This document shows, piece after piece, positions 1-13,091 of a DNA stretch of 64,000 bases (positions within the stretch are counted from its first letter, which is position 1; each line of letters begins with the position of its first letter). The stretch spans positions 248,001 to 312,000 of the forward strand of contig NC_086108.1 in NCBI RefSeq assembly GCF_963921235.1, read 5' to 3'. The notes below the pieces were generated by a model. The model searched no databases. It had not been told where the DNA came from and saw nothing but the letters and a program-made list of their open reading frames with translations. The position numbers and the translations under genes are program-made. Source of the DNA: Mobula hypostoma. Taxonomy: Eukaryota.

Positions 1-3000
1 CCCTCTTCCTCCCTCCCTCCCTCTCCCTCTCTCCCTCTCTCCCTCTCTCCCTCTCTCCCTCTCTCCCTCTCCCTCTTCCTCCCTCCCTCTGCCTCTTCCT
101 CCCCCCTCTCCCTCCCTCTCCCCCCTCCCCCCTTCTCCCTCTCTTCCTCTCTCCCTCTCCCTCCCTCCCTCTTCCTCCCCCTCCCCCTCCCTCCCTCTCT
201 CTCCCCTCCCTCTCTCCCTGTTCCTCCTTCCCTCCCTCTCTCCCCTTCATCCCTCCCCACCTCTCTCACCCCCCTCTCCACTCTCCTCTCCCCTACCCCT
301 CTCCCTTTCCCCCTCCCTCTCCCTCCCCCCTCGCCTTCTCCACTCCCTCTCTCCGTCTATCCTTCTCCCTCTCCCTCGCCACCTCTGTCACCCCCTCTCT
401 CTCACCCCCCTCTCTCACCCCCTCTCCCATCCCCCTCTCTCTGCCAGCCTCTCCTCCTCTCTACGTGCCTCCTTCTCCCTCGCCACCTCTCTCACCCCCT
501 CTCTTTCCTCTCCTCTCCCCCTTCTCACCACCTCTCTCCCCCTCCCTCCCTCACTCTCCCCCTCCCTCCCTCACGCTCCCCATCTCCCTCACCCTCTCCC
601 TCCCTCACTCTCCCTCCATCCCTCATGCTCCCCATCTCCCTCACTCTCTCCTCTCCCTTACTCTCACTCCCTCCTTCACTCTCCCCCTCCCTCCCTGACT
701 CTCCCCCACTTTTACTCTCCCCCTGTCCTTCGCTCCCCCCCTTCCTCACTCTCCCCTCTCCCTCCTGCACTGTCCCCTCCTCCCTCTCTCCCTCACTCTC
801 ACCCACTTCCTCCCTCACTCTCCCCCTCTCCCTCACTCACTCTCCCTTTCCATCCCTCACTCTCCCCCTCTCCCCCCTCACTATCCACTCCCTCCCCCAC
901 TCTCCCCCACTCCCTCACTCACTCTCCTTCCCTCACTCTACCCTCTCCCTCCCTCTCTCTCCCCCTCCCTCCCTGACTCTCCCCTCCCTCATTCTCTGCC
1001 TCCCTCCTCCACTCTCCCCTTTCCTTCCCTCACTCTCCCCCTCCCTCCCTCACTCACTCTCCTCTCTCCCTCCCACACCATCCCCTCCTCCCTCACTCCC
1101 TCAATATCACTCTCTCTCCCTCACTCCCCCTCCCTCCCTGACTCCCCTCTCATTCCCCCCTCACTCTCCCCTCCCTCACTTTCCCCTCCCTCCCTCACCC
1201 TCCCCTATCCCTCACTCACTCTCCTTCTCCATCCCTCACTCTACTCCTCTCCCTCACTCACTCTCCCACTCTTCCTCCCTCCCTCACTCACCCCCTCTCC
1301 CTCCCTCACTCTCGCTCCCCTCTCCCTCTCTCACTCTTACTCTCCCTCCCTCAGTCTTCCTCCCTACCTCACACTCCCCCTCTCCCTCCCTCCCTCACTC
1401 ACCCCCTCTCACTCCTTCACATTCCCTCTCCCTCACTCGCTCTCCCCCTCCCTCTCCCTCTCTCCCTCTTCCTCCCTCCCTCCCTCTCTCCCTCTTCCTC
1501 CCTCCCTCCCTCTCTCCCTCTTCCTCCCTCCCTCCCTCTCCCTCTCTCCCTCTCTCCCTCTTCCTCCCTCCCTCTCCCTCTTCCTCCCCCCTCCCCCCCT
1601 CCCTCCCTCTCCCTCTTCCTCTCTCCCTCTCCCTCCCTCCCTCTCCCACTCCCTCCCCCTCTCCTCCCTCTCCCTCCCTCTCCCTCCCCACCTCTCTCAC
1701 CCCCCTCTCCACTCACCGCTCCCTTTCCCCCTCCCTCTCCCTCCCACCTAGCCCTCTCCACTCCCTCTCTCTGTCCATCCTTCTCCCTCGCCACCTCTGT
1801 CACCCCCTCTCTCTCACCGCCCTCTCTCTCACCCCCTCTCTCTCACCCCCTCTCTCTCACTGCCCTCTCTCTCACCCCCTCTCTCTCACCCCCCCTCAGC
1901 CCCTCTCTCCCATCCCCCTCTCCCCTTTTCTCTGCCAGCCTCTCCTCCTCTCTACGTGCCTCCTTCTCCCTCGCCACCTCTCTCCCCCTCCCTCCCTCCC
2001 TCTCCCTCTCCCTCCCACCCTCACGCTCCCCATCTCCCTCACCCTCTCCCTCCCTCACTCTCCCTCCATCCCTCATGCTCCCCATCTCCCTCACTCTCTC
2101 CTCTCCCTTACTCTCCCTCCCTCCCTCCCTCACTCTCCCCCTCCCTCCCTGACTCTCCCCCTCTTTCACTCTCCCCTGTCCTTCCCTCCCCCTCCCCCTC
2201 CCTCCCTCACTCTCTCCCTCTCCCTCACTCACTCTCCCTCTCCATCCCTGACTCTCCTCCTCTCCCCGCTCACTATCCACTCCCTCCCCCACTCTCCCCC
2301 TCTCCCTCACTCACTCTCCTTCCCTCACTCTACCCTCTCCCTCCCTCCCTCTCCCCTATCCCTACCTCACTCTCCCTCCCTCCCGCACTCACCCACTCTC
2401 CATCTCTCTCCCCCTCCCTCCCTGACTCTCCCCTCCCTCATTCTCTCCCTCTCTCCTTCCCTCACTCTCCCCCTCCTTCCCTCACTCTCCTCTCTCCCTC
2501 CCATACCGTCCCCTCCTCCCTCCCTCCCGCACCGTCCCCTCCTCCCTCACTCCCTCACTATCACCCTCTCTGTCCCTCACTCCTCCCTCCCTCACTGACT
2601 CCCCCCTCATTCCCCCTCCCTCACTCTCCCCTCCCTCACTTTCCCCTCCCTCCCTCACTCTCCCCTCTCCCTCACTCACTCTCCCTCTCCATCCCTCACT
2701 CTACCCCTCTCCCTTCCTCACTCTCCCACTCTCCCTCCCTCCCTCACTCACCCCCTCTCCCTCCCTCACTCACCCCCTCTCCCTCCCTCACTCTCGCTCC
2801 CCTCTCCCTCCCTAAGTCTTCCTCCCTACCTCACACTCCCCCTCTCCCTCCCTCACATTCCCTCTCCCTCACTCGCTCTCCTCCTCCCTCTCCCTCTCTC
2901 CCTCTTCCTCCCTCCCTCCCTCTCTCCCTCTTCCTCCCTCCCTCCCTCTCCCTCTCTCCCTCTCCCTCTTCCTCCCTCTCCCTCTTCCTCCCTCCCTCTC

Positions 3001-6000
3001 CCTCCCCCCTCTCCGTCCCTCTCCCTCCCTCTCCCTCCCTCCCTCTCCCTCTCTCCCTCTCCCTCCCTCCCTCTCACTCTTCCTCCCCCTCTCCCTCTCT
3101 CCCTCTCCCTCTCACCCTCTCCCTTCCTCCCTCTCCCGCTCCCTCTTCCTCCCCCCTCCCCCCTCTCCCCTCTCCCTCCCTCTCCCTCCCTCTCCCTCCC
3201 TCTCCCTCCCTCTCTCCCTCTTCCTCCCTCCCTCCCTCTCTCCCCCTTCCTCTCTCACCCCCCTCTCCACTCACCTCTCCCCTACCCCTCTCCCTTTCCC
3301 CCTCCCTCTCCCTCCCCACCTCTCTCACCCCCTCTCCACTCACCTCTCCCCTACCCCTCTCCCTTTCCCCCTTCCTCTCCCTCCCACCTCGCCCTCTCCA
3401 CTCCCTCTCTCCGTCCATCCTTCTCCCTCTCCCTCTCCCTCGCCACATCTGTCACCCCCTCTCTCTCACCCCCTCTCTCTCACCGCCCTCTCTCTCACCC
3501 CTCTCTCTCACCCCCTCTCTCCCATCCCCTCTCTCCCATCCCCCTCTCCCCCTCTCTCTGCCAGCCTCTCCTCCTCTCTACGTGCCTCCTTCTCCCTCGC
3601 CACCTCTCTCACCCCCTCTCTTTCCTCTCCTCTCCCCTTCTCACCACCTCTCTCCCCTCTCCCTCCCACACCATCCCCTCCTCCCTCACTCCCTCAATAT
3701 CACTCTCTCTCTCCCTCACTCCCCCCTCCCTCCCTGACTCCCCTCTCATTCCCCCTCCCTCACTCTCCACTCTCCCTTCCTCACTCTCCCCTCCCTCACT
3801 TTCCCCTCCCTCCCTCACCCTCCCCCTCTCCCTCACTCACTCTCCCTCTCCATCCCTCACTCTACTCCTCTCCCTCCCTCACTCTCCCACTCTCCCTCCC
3901 TCCCTCACTCACCCCCTCTCCCTCCCTCACTCTCGCTCCCTTCTCCCTCCCTCACTCTTACTCTCCCTCCTTCAGTCTTCCTCCCTACCTCACACTCCCC
4001 CTCTCCCTCCCTCCCTCACTCACCCCCTCTCCCTCCCTCACATTCCCTCTCCCTCACTCGCTCTCCCCCTCCCTCTCCCTCTCTCCCTCTTCCTCCCTCC
4101 CTCCCTCCCTCTCTCCCTCTTCCTCCCTCCCTCCCTCCCTCTCTCCCTCTTCCTCCCTCCATCCCTCTCTCCCTCTTCCTCCCTCCCTCCCTCTCCCTCT
4201 CTCCCTCTCCCTCTTCCTCCCTCCCTCTCCCTCTTCCTACCCCCTCCTCCCTCTCCCTCCCTCTCCCTCCCTCTCCCTCTCTTCCTCTCTCCCTCTCCCT
4301 CCCTCCCTCTCCCTCCCTCTCCCTCCCCACCTCTCTCACCCCCTCTCCACTCACCTCTCCCTTTCCCCCTCCCTCTCCCTCCCACCTCGCCCTCTCCACT
4401 CCCTCTGTCCGTCCATCCTTCTCCCTCGCCACCTCTGTCACCCCCTCTCTCTCACCCCTCTCTCTCACCCCCTCTCTCTCACCGCCCTCTCTCTCACCCC
4501 CTCTCTCTCACCCCCCCTCAGCCCCTCTCTCCCATCCTCCTCTCCCCCTTTCTCTGCCAGCCTCTCCTCCTCTCTACGTGCCTCCTTCTCCCTCGCCACC
4601 TCTCTCACCCCCTCTCTTTCCTCTCCTCACCCCCCTTCTCACCACCTCTCTACCCCTCCCTCCCTCCCTCTCCCACTCCCTCCCACCCTCACGCTCCCCA
4701 TCTCCCTCACCCTCTCCCTCCCTCACTCTCCCTCCATCCCTCATGCTCCCCATCTCCCTCACTCTCTCCTCTCCCTTACTCTCCCTCCCTCCCTCCCTCA
4801 CTCTCCCCCTCCCTCCCTGACTCTCCCCTCCCTCTTTCACTCTCCCCCTGTCCTCCCTCCCCCTCCCCCTCCCTCCCTCACTCTCTCCCTCTCCCTCACT
4901 CACTCTCCCTCTCCATCCCTGACTCTCCCCCTCTCCCCGCTCACTATCCACTCCCTCCCCCACTCTCCCCCTCTCCCTCCCTCCCTCTCCCCTATCCCTA
5001 CCTCACTCTCCCTCCCTCCCGCACTCACCCACTCTCCCTCTCTCTCCCCCTCCCTCCCTGACTCTCCCCCTCATTCTCTGCCTCCCTCCTTCACTCTCCC
5101 TCTCTCCATCCCTCACACTCCCCCTCCTTCCCTCACTCTCCTCTCTCCCTCCCGCACCGTCCCCTCCTCCCTCACTCCCTCACTATCACCCTCTCTGTCC
5201 CTCACTCCCCCCTCCCTCACTGACTCCCCCCTCATTCCCCCTCCCTCACTCTCCCCTCTCTCTTCCTCACTCTCCCCTCCCTCACTTTCCCCTCCCTCCC
5301 TCACTCTCCCCTCTCCCTCACTCACTCTCCCTCTCCATCCCTCACTCTACCCCTCTCCCTTCCTCACTCACCCCCTCTCCCTCCCTTACTCTCGCTCCCC
5401 TCTCCCTCCCTAAGTCTTCCTCCCTACCTCACACTCCCCCTCTCCCTCCCTCACATTCCCTCACTCGCTCTCCCCCTCCCTCTCCCTCCCTCCCTCTTCC
5501 TCCCTCCCTCCCTCCCTCTCTCCCTCTTCCTCCCTCCCTCCCTCTCCCTCTCTCCGTCTCCCTCTTCCTCCCTCCCTCTCCCTCCCCCCTCTCCGTCCTT
5601 CTCCCTCTCCCTCTCTCCCTCTCTCCCTCTCCCTCCCTCCCTCTCCCGCTCCCTCTTCCTCCCCCTCTCTCCCCTCTCCCCCTCTCCCTCCCCAATCCCG
5701 CTCTCCCTCCCTCTCCCTCCCTCTCCCTCCCTCTCCCTCCCTCTCCCTCCCTCCCTCTCCCTCTCTCCCCCTCCCTCTCACTCTTCCTCCCACCTCTCCC
5801 TCTCTCCCTCTCCCTCCCTCCCTCTCCCGCTCCCTCTTCCTCCCCCCCTCCCCCTCTCTCCCCCTCTCCCTCCCTCTCCCTCCCTCTCCCTCCCTCTCCC
5901 TCCCTCTCCCTCCCTCTCCCTCCCTCTCCCTCTCTCCCTCTTCCTCCCTCCCTCTCTCCCCTTCCTCCCTCCCCACCTCTCTCACCCCCTCTCCACTCAC

Positions 6001-9000
6001 CTCTCCCCTACCCCTCTCCCTTTCCCCCTCCCTCTCCCTCCCACCTCGCCCACTTCACTCCCTCTCTCCGTCCATCCTTCTCCCTCTCCCTCGCCACATC
6101 TGTCACCCCCTCTCTCTCACCCCCTCTCTCCCATCCCCTCTCTCCCATCCCCATCTCCCCCTCTCTCTGCCAGCCTCTCCTCCTCTCTACGTGCCTCCTT
6201 CTCCCTCACCACCTCTCTCCCCCCCTCTCTTTCCTCTCCTCTCCCCCCTTCTCACCACCTCTCTCCCCTCCCTCCCTCACTCTCCCCTCTCCCTCCCACC
6301 CTCACACTCCCCATCTCCCTCACCCTCTCCCTCCCTCACTCTCCCTCCATCCCTCATGCTCCCCATCTCCCTCACTCTCTCCTCTCCCTTACTCTCCCTC
6401 CCTCCCTCCCTCACTCTCCCCGTCTCCCTCACTCACTCTCCTTCCCTCACTCTATCCTCTCCCTCCCTCCCTCTCCCCTATCCCTACCTCACTCTCCCTC
6501 CCTCCCTCACTCACCCACTCTCCCTCCCTCTCTCTCCCCCTCCCTCCCTGACTCTCCCCTCCCTCATTCTCTGCCTCCCTCCTTCACTCTTCCTCTCACC
6601 TTCCCTCACTCTCCCTCTCCCTCCCTCACTCTCCTCTCTCCCTCCCGCACCGTCCCCTCCTCCCTCACTATTACCCTCTCTGTCCCTCACTCCCCCCTCC
6701 CTCCCTGACTCCCCCCTCATTCCCCCTCCCTCAGTCTCCCCTCTCCCTTCCTCACTCTCCCCTCCCTCACTCTCCCCCTCTCCCTCACTCACTCTCCCTC
6801 TCCATCCCTCACTCTACCCCTCTCCCTTCCTCACTCTACCCCTCTCCCTTCCTCACTCTCCCACTCTCCCTCCCTCCCTCACTCACCCCTCTCCCTCCCT
6901 CACTCACCCCCTCTCCCTCCCTCACTCTCGCTCCCCTCTCCCTCCCTCACTCTTACTCTCCCTCCCTACGTCTTCCTGCCTACCTCACACTCCCCCTCTC
7001 CCTCCCTCACATTCCCTCTCCCTCACTCGCTCTCCCCCTCCCTCTCCCTCTCTCCCTATTCCTCCCTCCCTCTCTCCCTCTTCCTCCCTCCCTCCCTCCC
7101 TCTCTCTCTCTTCCTCCCTCCCTCCCTCTCCCTCTCTCCCTCTCCCTCTTCCTCCCTCCCTCTCCCTCTTCCTCCCCCTCCCCCTCCCTCTCCCTCCCTC
7201 TCCCTCCCTCTCCCTCCCTCTCCCTCTCCCTCTCTCCCTCTCTCCCTCTCCCTCCCTCCCTCTCCCGCTCCCTCTTCCTCCCCCTCTCTCCCCTCTCCCC
7301 CCTCTCCCTCCCTCTCCCTCCCTCTCCCTCTTCCTCCCCCTCCCTCCCTCTCCCTCTCCCTCTCTCCCTCTCCCTCTCTCCCTCTCCCTCTCTCCCTCTC
7401 CCTCCGTCCCTCTCCCGCTCCCTCTTCCTCCCCCTCTCCCCCTCCTCCCTCTCCCTCCCTCTCTCTCTCTCCCTCTTCCTCCCTCCCTCCCTCTCTCCCC
7501 TTCCTCCCTCCCCACCTCTCTCACCCCCCTCTCCACTCACCTCTCCCCTACCCCTCTCTCTTTCCCCCTCCCTCTCCCTCCCCCCTCGCCCTCTCCACTC
7601 CCTCTCTTTGTCCATCCTTTTCCCTCTCCCTCGCCACCTCTCTCACCCCCTCTCTCTCACCCCCTCTCTCTCACCCCCTCTCTCTCACCGCCCTCTCTCT
7701 CACCCCTCTCTCTCACCCCCCCTCTCACCCCTTCTCTCCCATCCCCCTCTCTCCCATCCCCCTCTCCCCCTCTCTCTGCCAGCCTCTCCTCCTCTCTACG
7801 TGCCTCCTTCTCCCTCGCCACCTCTCTCACCCCCTCTCTTTACTCTCCTCTCCCCTTCTCACCACCTCTATCCCCCTCCCTCCCTCACTCACCCCCTCTC
7901 TCTCCCTCACTCACCCCCTCTCCCTCCCTCACTCTCGCTCCCCTCTCCCTCCCTCAATCTTACTCGCCCTCCCTCAGTCTTCCTCCCTACCTCACACTCT
8001 CCCCCTCCCTCTCTCACTCTCCCCTCTCTCTCCCTCCCTCACGCTCCCCACTTCCCTCACCCTCTCCCTCCCTCACTCTCCCCCTCCCTCGCTCACTCTC
8101 CCACTTTCTCCCTCACTCTCCACTCAGCCTCCCTCCCTCACTTTCCCCCTCTCACTCCCTCCCTCATGCTCCCCGTCTCCCTCACTCTCCTCTCTCCCTC
8201 ACTCTCCCTCCCTCCCTCACTCTCCCTTCTCCCTCCTTCACTCTCTCCTCTCGACTCCCTCTTCCTCCCCCCTCTCCCTCCCTCTCTCTCTCCCTCTTCC
8301 TCCCTCCCTCCCTCTCTCCCCTTCCTCCCTCCCCACCTCTCTCACCCCCCTCTCCACTCACCTCTCCCCTACCCCTCTCTCTTTCCCCCTCCCTCTCCCT
8401 CCCCCCTCGCCCTCTCCACTCCCTCTCTTCGTCCATCCTTTTCCCTCTCCCTCGCCACCTCTCTCACCCCCTCTCTCTCACCCCCTCTCTCTCACCCCCC
8501 TCTCTCACCGCCCTCTCTCTCACCCCCTCTCTCTCACCACCCCTCTCACCCCTTCTCTCCCATCCCCCTCTCTCCCATCCCCCTCTCCCCCTCTCTCTCC
8601 CAGCCTCTCCCCCTCTCTACGTGCCTCCTTCTCCCTCTCCCTCGCCACCTCTCTCACCCCCTCTCTTTCCTCTCCTCTCCCCCCTTCTCACCACCTCTCT
8701 CCCCCTCCCCCGTTTGCCCTCCCCTCTCTCCCTCTCTCTCTTTCTCCCCCTCTCCCCCTCTCCGTCTCTCCCCCTCTCTCCCTCCCTCTCTCTCCCTCTC
8801 TTCCTCTCTTTGTCCCTCCTTCTCCCTCTCCCTCGCCACCTCTCTCACCCCCTCTCTCCCCTCTCCTCTCCCCCTCCCCTCCCCCGCTCGCGCTCTCCCC
8901 CCTCTTGCCGTCCCTCTCTCTCGCTCCCTCCATCCAGCTCTCCCTCCCATCGTATTCCCTCGCCATCCCCCTCTCCCCCTCTTGCCGTCCCTCTCTCTCG

Positions 9001-9550
9001 CTCCCTCCATCCAGCTCTCCCTCCCATCGCATTCCCTCGCCATCCCCCTCTCCCCCTCTCCCCCCTCCCCATCTCCCCCTCTCCTCATCTCCCTCCATCT
9101 CCCTCCTTCCATCCCTTCCTCCCTCCCTCCCCCTCTCTCCCTCCCTCCCCCTCTCTCCCTTCCTCCCCCATTTCCCTTCCTCCCCCATTTCCCTTCCTCC
9201 CCATCTCCCTTCCTCCCCCATCTCCCTTCCTCCCCTTCTCTCCCTTCCTCCCTCCCTCTCTCCCTATCTCCCTCCCTCCCCCTCTATATCTCTCCCCCTC
9301 CCTCTCCCCGTCTCTCTCCCCCTCTCCCGCCCTCCATCTCTCCTCTCTCTCACTCTCTCCCCCTCTCCCCTCTCCCTCTTTATATCCCTCTCGCTCCCTC
9401 CATCTCTCCCTCCCATCGCATTATCCCTCGCCATCCCCCTCTCCCCTCTCCCTTTCTCCCTCCCTCCCTCTCTCCCTTCCTCCCTCTCCCCTCTCCCCCT
9501 TCCTCCCCCTCTCCCTTCCTCCCCCTCTCTCCCTTCCTCCCCCTCCCCAT
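1..9550. repeat. ~9.5 kb polypyrimidine (C/T) low-complexity tract with higher-order repeat structure
   Basis: + strand is almost entirely C/T (CCCT, CTCT, CTCA motifs). The landmark CTCTACGTGCCTCCTTCTCCCT recurs with its GTG at 465, 1956, 3582, 4578, 6191, 7800 and 8621. Confidence 0.95.
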
Positions 9551-9551
9551 T

Positions 9552-9735
9552 TAACCCTGGCCCCATCACAGACCCACCCACCTACCCAGCGGTAGGTCTT
9601 TGGGAGTGTGAGAGGGAACCGGAGGGACACTGGCACGTCCACGGGGAGGGGACGGTACATCTCCTTACGGCAGCGGCGGGAATTGAAGCCGCTGGCAGCG
9701 ACACTGTAATGCGCTGTGCTGACCACTACTCTACC
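9552..9735 (-). mobile_element. Degenerate tRNA-derived V-SINE (HE1-like)
   Basis: Reverse complement shows a tRNA-like head (GGTAGAGTAGTGGTCAGCAC...TTCAATTCCCGCCGCTG) followed by a V-domain-like CCCCGTG...CTCCGGTTCCCTCTCACACTCCCAAAGAC. Confidence 0.7.
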
Positions 9736-9771
9736 TTGGGAGGATGATTACCTGTCTGTTCCCATATGAAC

Positions 9772-9990
9772 GAGGGGGGGAAGAGAGAGGGAGAGGAAGA
9801 AAGAGAGGGAATGAGTGAGAGAGAGGGAGAAAGTGATAGGAATGGGAAGAGAGGGGGAGAGGGAGTGTGGGAGAGAGGGAGAGAGAGGGAAGAGGGAGAG
9901 AAGGAGAAAGGCAGCGAGCGGGGAGAGGGGAACAGAGAGAGACGGGGAGAGAGGGAGTGAGGGAGAGGCAGGGAAAGAGAGAGAGAGAGA
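9772..9990. repeat. GA-rich low-complexity tract (opposite polarity to the 1-9550 tract)
   Basis: Nearly pure G/A on the + strand, ending in (GA)n. Confidence 0.9.
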
Positions 9991-10464
9991 CTCTGATCTC
10001 ACATTACAGCACCTATGTTAAAGATGAAAGGTAACAGAACAATTTATTTAGTTCTAATGACCTTATAGTGATTCTTTTCAACTACACACAACTTTCATCC
10101 CTCCCTCTTCACACCCACATTACTGACTTCCAGCTAACGAATACACATCAGCCCTGTCTTGTTTTCCATTTAGCTGTGCTTCATGCTTCTTAGGAACCCA
10201 TTGTTTGGGGCTGCATTTTGAGTTTACTGTACAGTCCATACTCAGATTGGCGGCTGCAGTCAGTTGCTGAAGTTATTTGCTCTTCGTGCTAACTCCACTG
10301 ATCCACACTGATCGTATGGAGGCATAGGCATTGGCCATTGTCGGTGGGAAAAATGTGGGGTCTTTTATGAAGAAAGATATGAGGTTTAAGTAACTACTGT
10401 TGCCTTTCTGCTTTGAGGCAGTGTTCTTGTGGATGTGTCTGTCTCTCTGTATCTTTTATTTCAG

Positions 10465-10505
10465 ATGAATATGGATTAATCTTTCCAACTGCAAGCAATC
10501 CAGTG
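10465..10505 (+). CDS. TTLL6/TTLL13-like: TTLL6/13-like first recognisable exon: (x)*IWINLSNCKQSS(V); in-frame TGA at 10466-10468
   Basis: Acceptor ttttatttcag, donor gtgagt, 41 nt. INLSNCK matches the TTLL6/13 N-terminal INL(S/T)xC(R/K)YESV motif. Ends in phase 1, matching the next exon. Confidence 0.8.
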
Positions 10506-10577
10506 GTGAGTATGTGCAGTTCCCTTCAACTCCGCGTGTAACCTGCATCCTATTTCTGGTTGTATATGTCCGTTTGT

Positions 10578-10960
10578 TCATTCGTTACGTGCCCTTCCTG
10601 GATGATGTGGGTGATCACGGTCTTTCCGTGGCCATGACTGTCCTTGGCAAGTTTCTCTACAGAAGTGGTTTGCCATCGCCTTCTTCTGGGCAGCGTCTTA
10701 ACAAGATGGGTGAAATCCCAGCCATTATCAATACTCTTCAGAGACGGTCAGTGGCCGCATAGCTTGTGATATAGGCCGGCTGCTCGTGCCTGTTCCCATG
10801 GCTTCACCTGACCCTGATTCGAGGCTTGGGGGGCGCGGGAGAGTGGGCGGGGGGGGGGCGCTACTAAACAGGTGTTACACCTTGCCCAGGGGTGACCTGC
10901 AGGCTAGCGAAGGGAAGGAACGCCTTCCACCTCCTTTGGTAGAGACGTGTCTCCACCCAA
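10578..10960 (-). mobile_element. RTE-related (Bov-A-like) SINE, family A
   Basis: The same ~380 bp sequence recurs at 15845-16245, 18750-20830 (split), 30457-32800 (split) and 57770-61345 (split). It carries a GAAGGCRATGGCAAACCACTTCTG...TTGCCAAG motif resembling the RTE/Bov-A GAAGGCAATGGCAACCCACTCCAG...TTGCC. Confidence 0.65.
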
Positions 10961-11334
10961 ATGTCGCAAAACCTGCGGAGATAATTGCCTGGTGTTGATG
11001 ATCTACAGCCTCGGCAAGGCCACCTTCACGATAGAGGACAAGCAAGCATCTTGTATCCCATCTGGGAAGCCTCCAGCATCGACCTGGAACTTAGGATATA
11101 GAACATTACGTGAGTTCGAAGAAGAGATAGGTCATCCCTACTTTGTGCAGTTTCTGGTGATCTCTTTTGTATCAGGGTGTGCAGGTGTCCCCAGTCTGGA
11201 TTAAGTTAACAGGGAGTAATCCCATTCTAGGTGCTCTAACTTTATGGAGCCAATTCGTATTCTTAGGCTTAGTTATTAGGCTGAATTTGGGGAGTAAGTG
11301 TTGCTTTTAGGCCTAGTTCGTAGGCTTCGTTTAG

Positions 11335-11715
11335 ACTGTTAAAGCCCTTTTGGCCCACAGCGTTGTACTGATCCAATGAAATGGTCAATTAAGCCAGTCT
11401 CCTCTGCCGACCCAATGTCCATATCCCTCTATTTTCCTCGCAGTCAGGGACCTATCTAAACATCTCCAAAAACATCCCAAACGTTTCTGCCTCTACCAGC
11501 ACCCGAGGCAGTGCATTCCAGGGACCCACCACCTTCTATGTGGGGAAAAATAAACTTGCCCTCACATCCCCTTTGAAGCTACCCACTCTTACTTTAAGTG
11601 CATGCCCTTTGGTATTAGTCGTTTCAACCCTGGGATAATGATACTGTCTGTCTACACTCTCCATGCCTCTCATAATCTTATACACCTCTATCAGATCTCC
11701 CCCGCACCTCTGAAG
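11335..11715 (-). mobile_element. Degenerate CR1 LINE 3' fragment
   Basis: Reverse complement encodes a GDLIEVYKIMRG-like C-terminus and a CR1-type 3' UTR. Confidence 0.7.
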
Positions 11716-11719
11716 TTAG

Positions 11720-12170
11720 TTTTCTCTAACTTCCAGTAATTTTTCCCCTCCCCCTTACCTCTTCTTCAATTCTTCACTCTGGCATCTTTTCTCCACTTCA
11801 CCTGCCTATCATCTTCCCCTGGTTTCCCTCTTCCTTCTTTTTCTCCCATGGCCCTCTCGCCTCTCCTATCAGATTCCTTCTTCAGCCCTTTACCTTTCCC
11901 ACCTATCACCTCCCAGCTCGTTATTTCATCCTCCGTCCCCCCACCCCACACACACACACACCTGGCTTCACCTATCACCTTCCAGCTTGTACTCTTTCCC
12001 CTCCACACCTTCTTACCCCCCCTTTCCTTTCCAGACCTGATGAAGGGGCCTCGGCCCAAAACGTCGACTGTTCAATCCTCTCCACAGATGCTGCCTGACC
12101 TGCTGAGCTCCTCCAGGATTTTGTGTGCCCTGCTCTGGATTTCCAGCGTCAGCAGGATCTCTTGTGTTAA
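11720..12170 (+). mobile_element. Penelope-like element 3' end / pseudo-LTR with hammerhead motif
   Basis: C/T-rich 3' region, CTGATGA...AAAACGTCGACTG, then the family tail GATGCTGCCTGACCTGCTGAG...TTTCCAGC. Confidence 0.75.
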
Positions 12171-12851
12171 AGTTAGTGGGGGACCGCAGCACCCATTATA
12201 ACGGGAGATTTTGTGTTCATGTGAATAGGGAGCTCAGTGTGTATTCCGTGGCTCACAACTGTTTAGGCTGAACAAATAAACCCGTCCCCATGCTCAATTG
12301 GGTGATTCATCCGGGGGAACGATGGGAGCATCTATGTTGGGAAATAAAGAGTTGCCACTTCCGGCCGAGACCCTTTGTCAGGACTGGAAAGGAAGGGAGA
12401 AGAGGCCAGGATAAGAAGGAGGGGGAGGTGGGGGGAAGGAGGACAAGCTGGGACAGATCTTCCCCGGCTGGAGAAGGAAACAGGGGCAAGAATTTCACAG
12501 AATTTGTCCCAGAAGATGGGTTGGAAGGTTGCATGATCCTCATTCGCCAAAGTTCTTGCCTCCTCTCCTGAGCCTGCACTTGGAGATGAATGCCAAGACC
12601 CCTGAGTTGGTGCGCAGGAGATTTGTTCGAGGGCTTCAGCTGCAGGGAGAGAGACTGGGGAAGCTGTTGCATTGAGCGACGGAGGAGTAAACAAGGTTAT
12701 TCCATAAGATTTTACTGTAAACATCTGAAAACGTTGCCACAGTGCCAGGGAAGGGAGCCATTTCAGCGTGAGGGCTACAAAGTCTGGCCATAGTAATCTC
12801 TGCGGCATTCACTAAATGCTAGAGGAACTCAGCACGTCAGGCAGCATCTCT

Positions 12852-13049
12852 GCCGGCTGGTGGTGTGGTGGCATCCGCACCGGACTTCCAGCCGAGTGGC
12901 GGTTCGAGTCCGGCCGGCTCCTTGCACGCTTTCCATCCGTGCTGGGTTGAGCGTCAAGCTAGCGACTCGGCCTGGTAAAAAACAGACAGATGCGAACGAA
13001 ACGGCAAGGTTACCGCCCAATCCGCCATGAGCCGCGGAGAGGAACAACT
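12852..13049 (+). mobile_element. tRNA-derived SINE inserted into the Penelope tail
   Basis: A-box-like TGGTGTGGTGG and B-box GGTTCGAGTCC (12901-12911). The flanks are contiguous Penelope tail sequence. Confidence 0.7.
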
Positions 13050-13053
13050 AAAA

Positions 13054-13091
13054 CAGTCGACGTTTCGGGCCGAGGGCCTTCATCAGGACTG
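13054..13091 (-). ncRNA. Minimal type I hammerhead ribozyme motif (Penelope pLTR), core intact
   Basis: Minus strand reads CAGUC-CUGAUGA-AGGCCCUCGGCCC-GAAA-CGUC-GACUG: stem I CAGUC/GACUG, complete core, GUC cleavage triplet, palindromic ACGU stem III. Confidence 0.75.

Noticed and set aside
465..9747. Very long Pro/Ser/Leu ORFs (up to 1134 aa) and Gly/Glu/Arg ORFs on the opposite strand
   Set aside because: Artefact of C/T-only composition, which almost excludes stop codons. They are open in several frames and have no domain signal.
10466..10468. TGA as selenocysteine
   Set aside because: The position aligns to a basic, non-Cys residue, TTLLs are not selenoproteins, and the 3' UTR is not in view to show a SECIS.
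12852..12918. Functional tRNA gene (also 15691-15767 and 47020-47092)
   Set aside because: A/B boxes are present, but the cloverleafs are degenerate and run into SINE bodies or match SINE heads.
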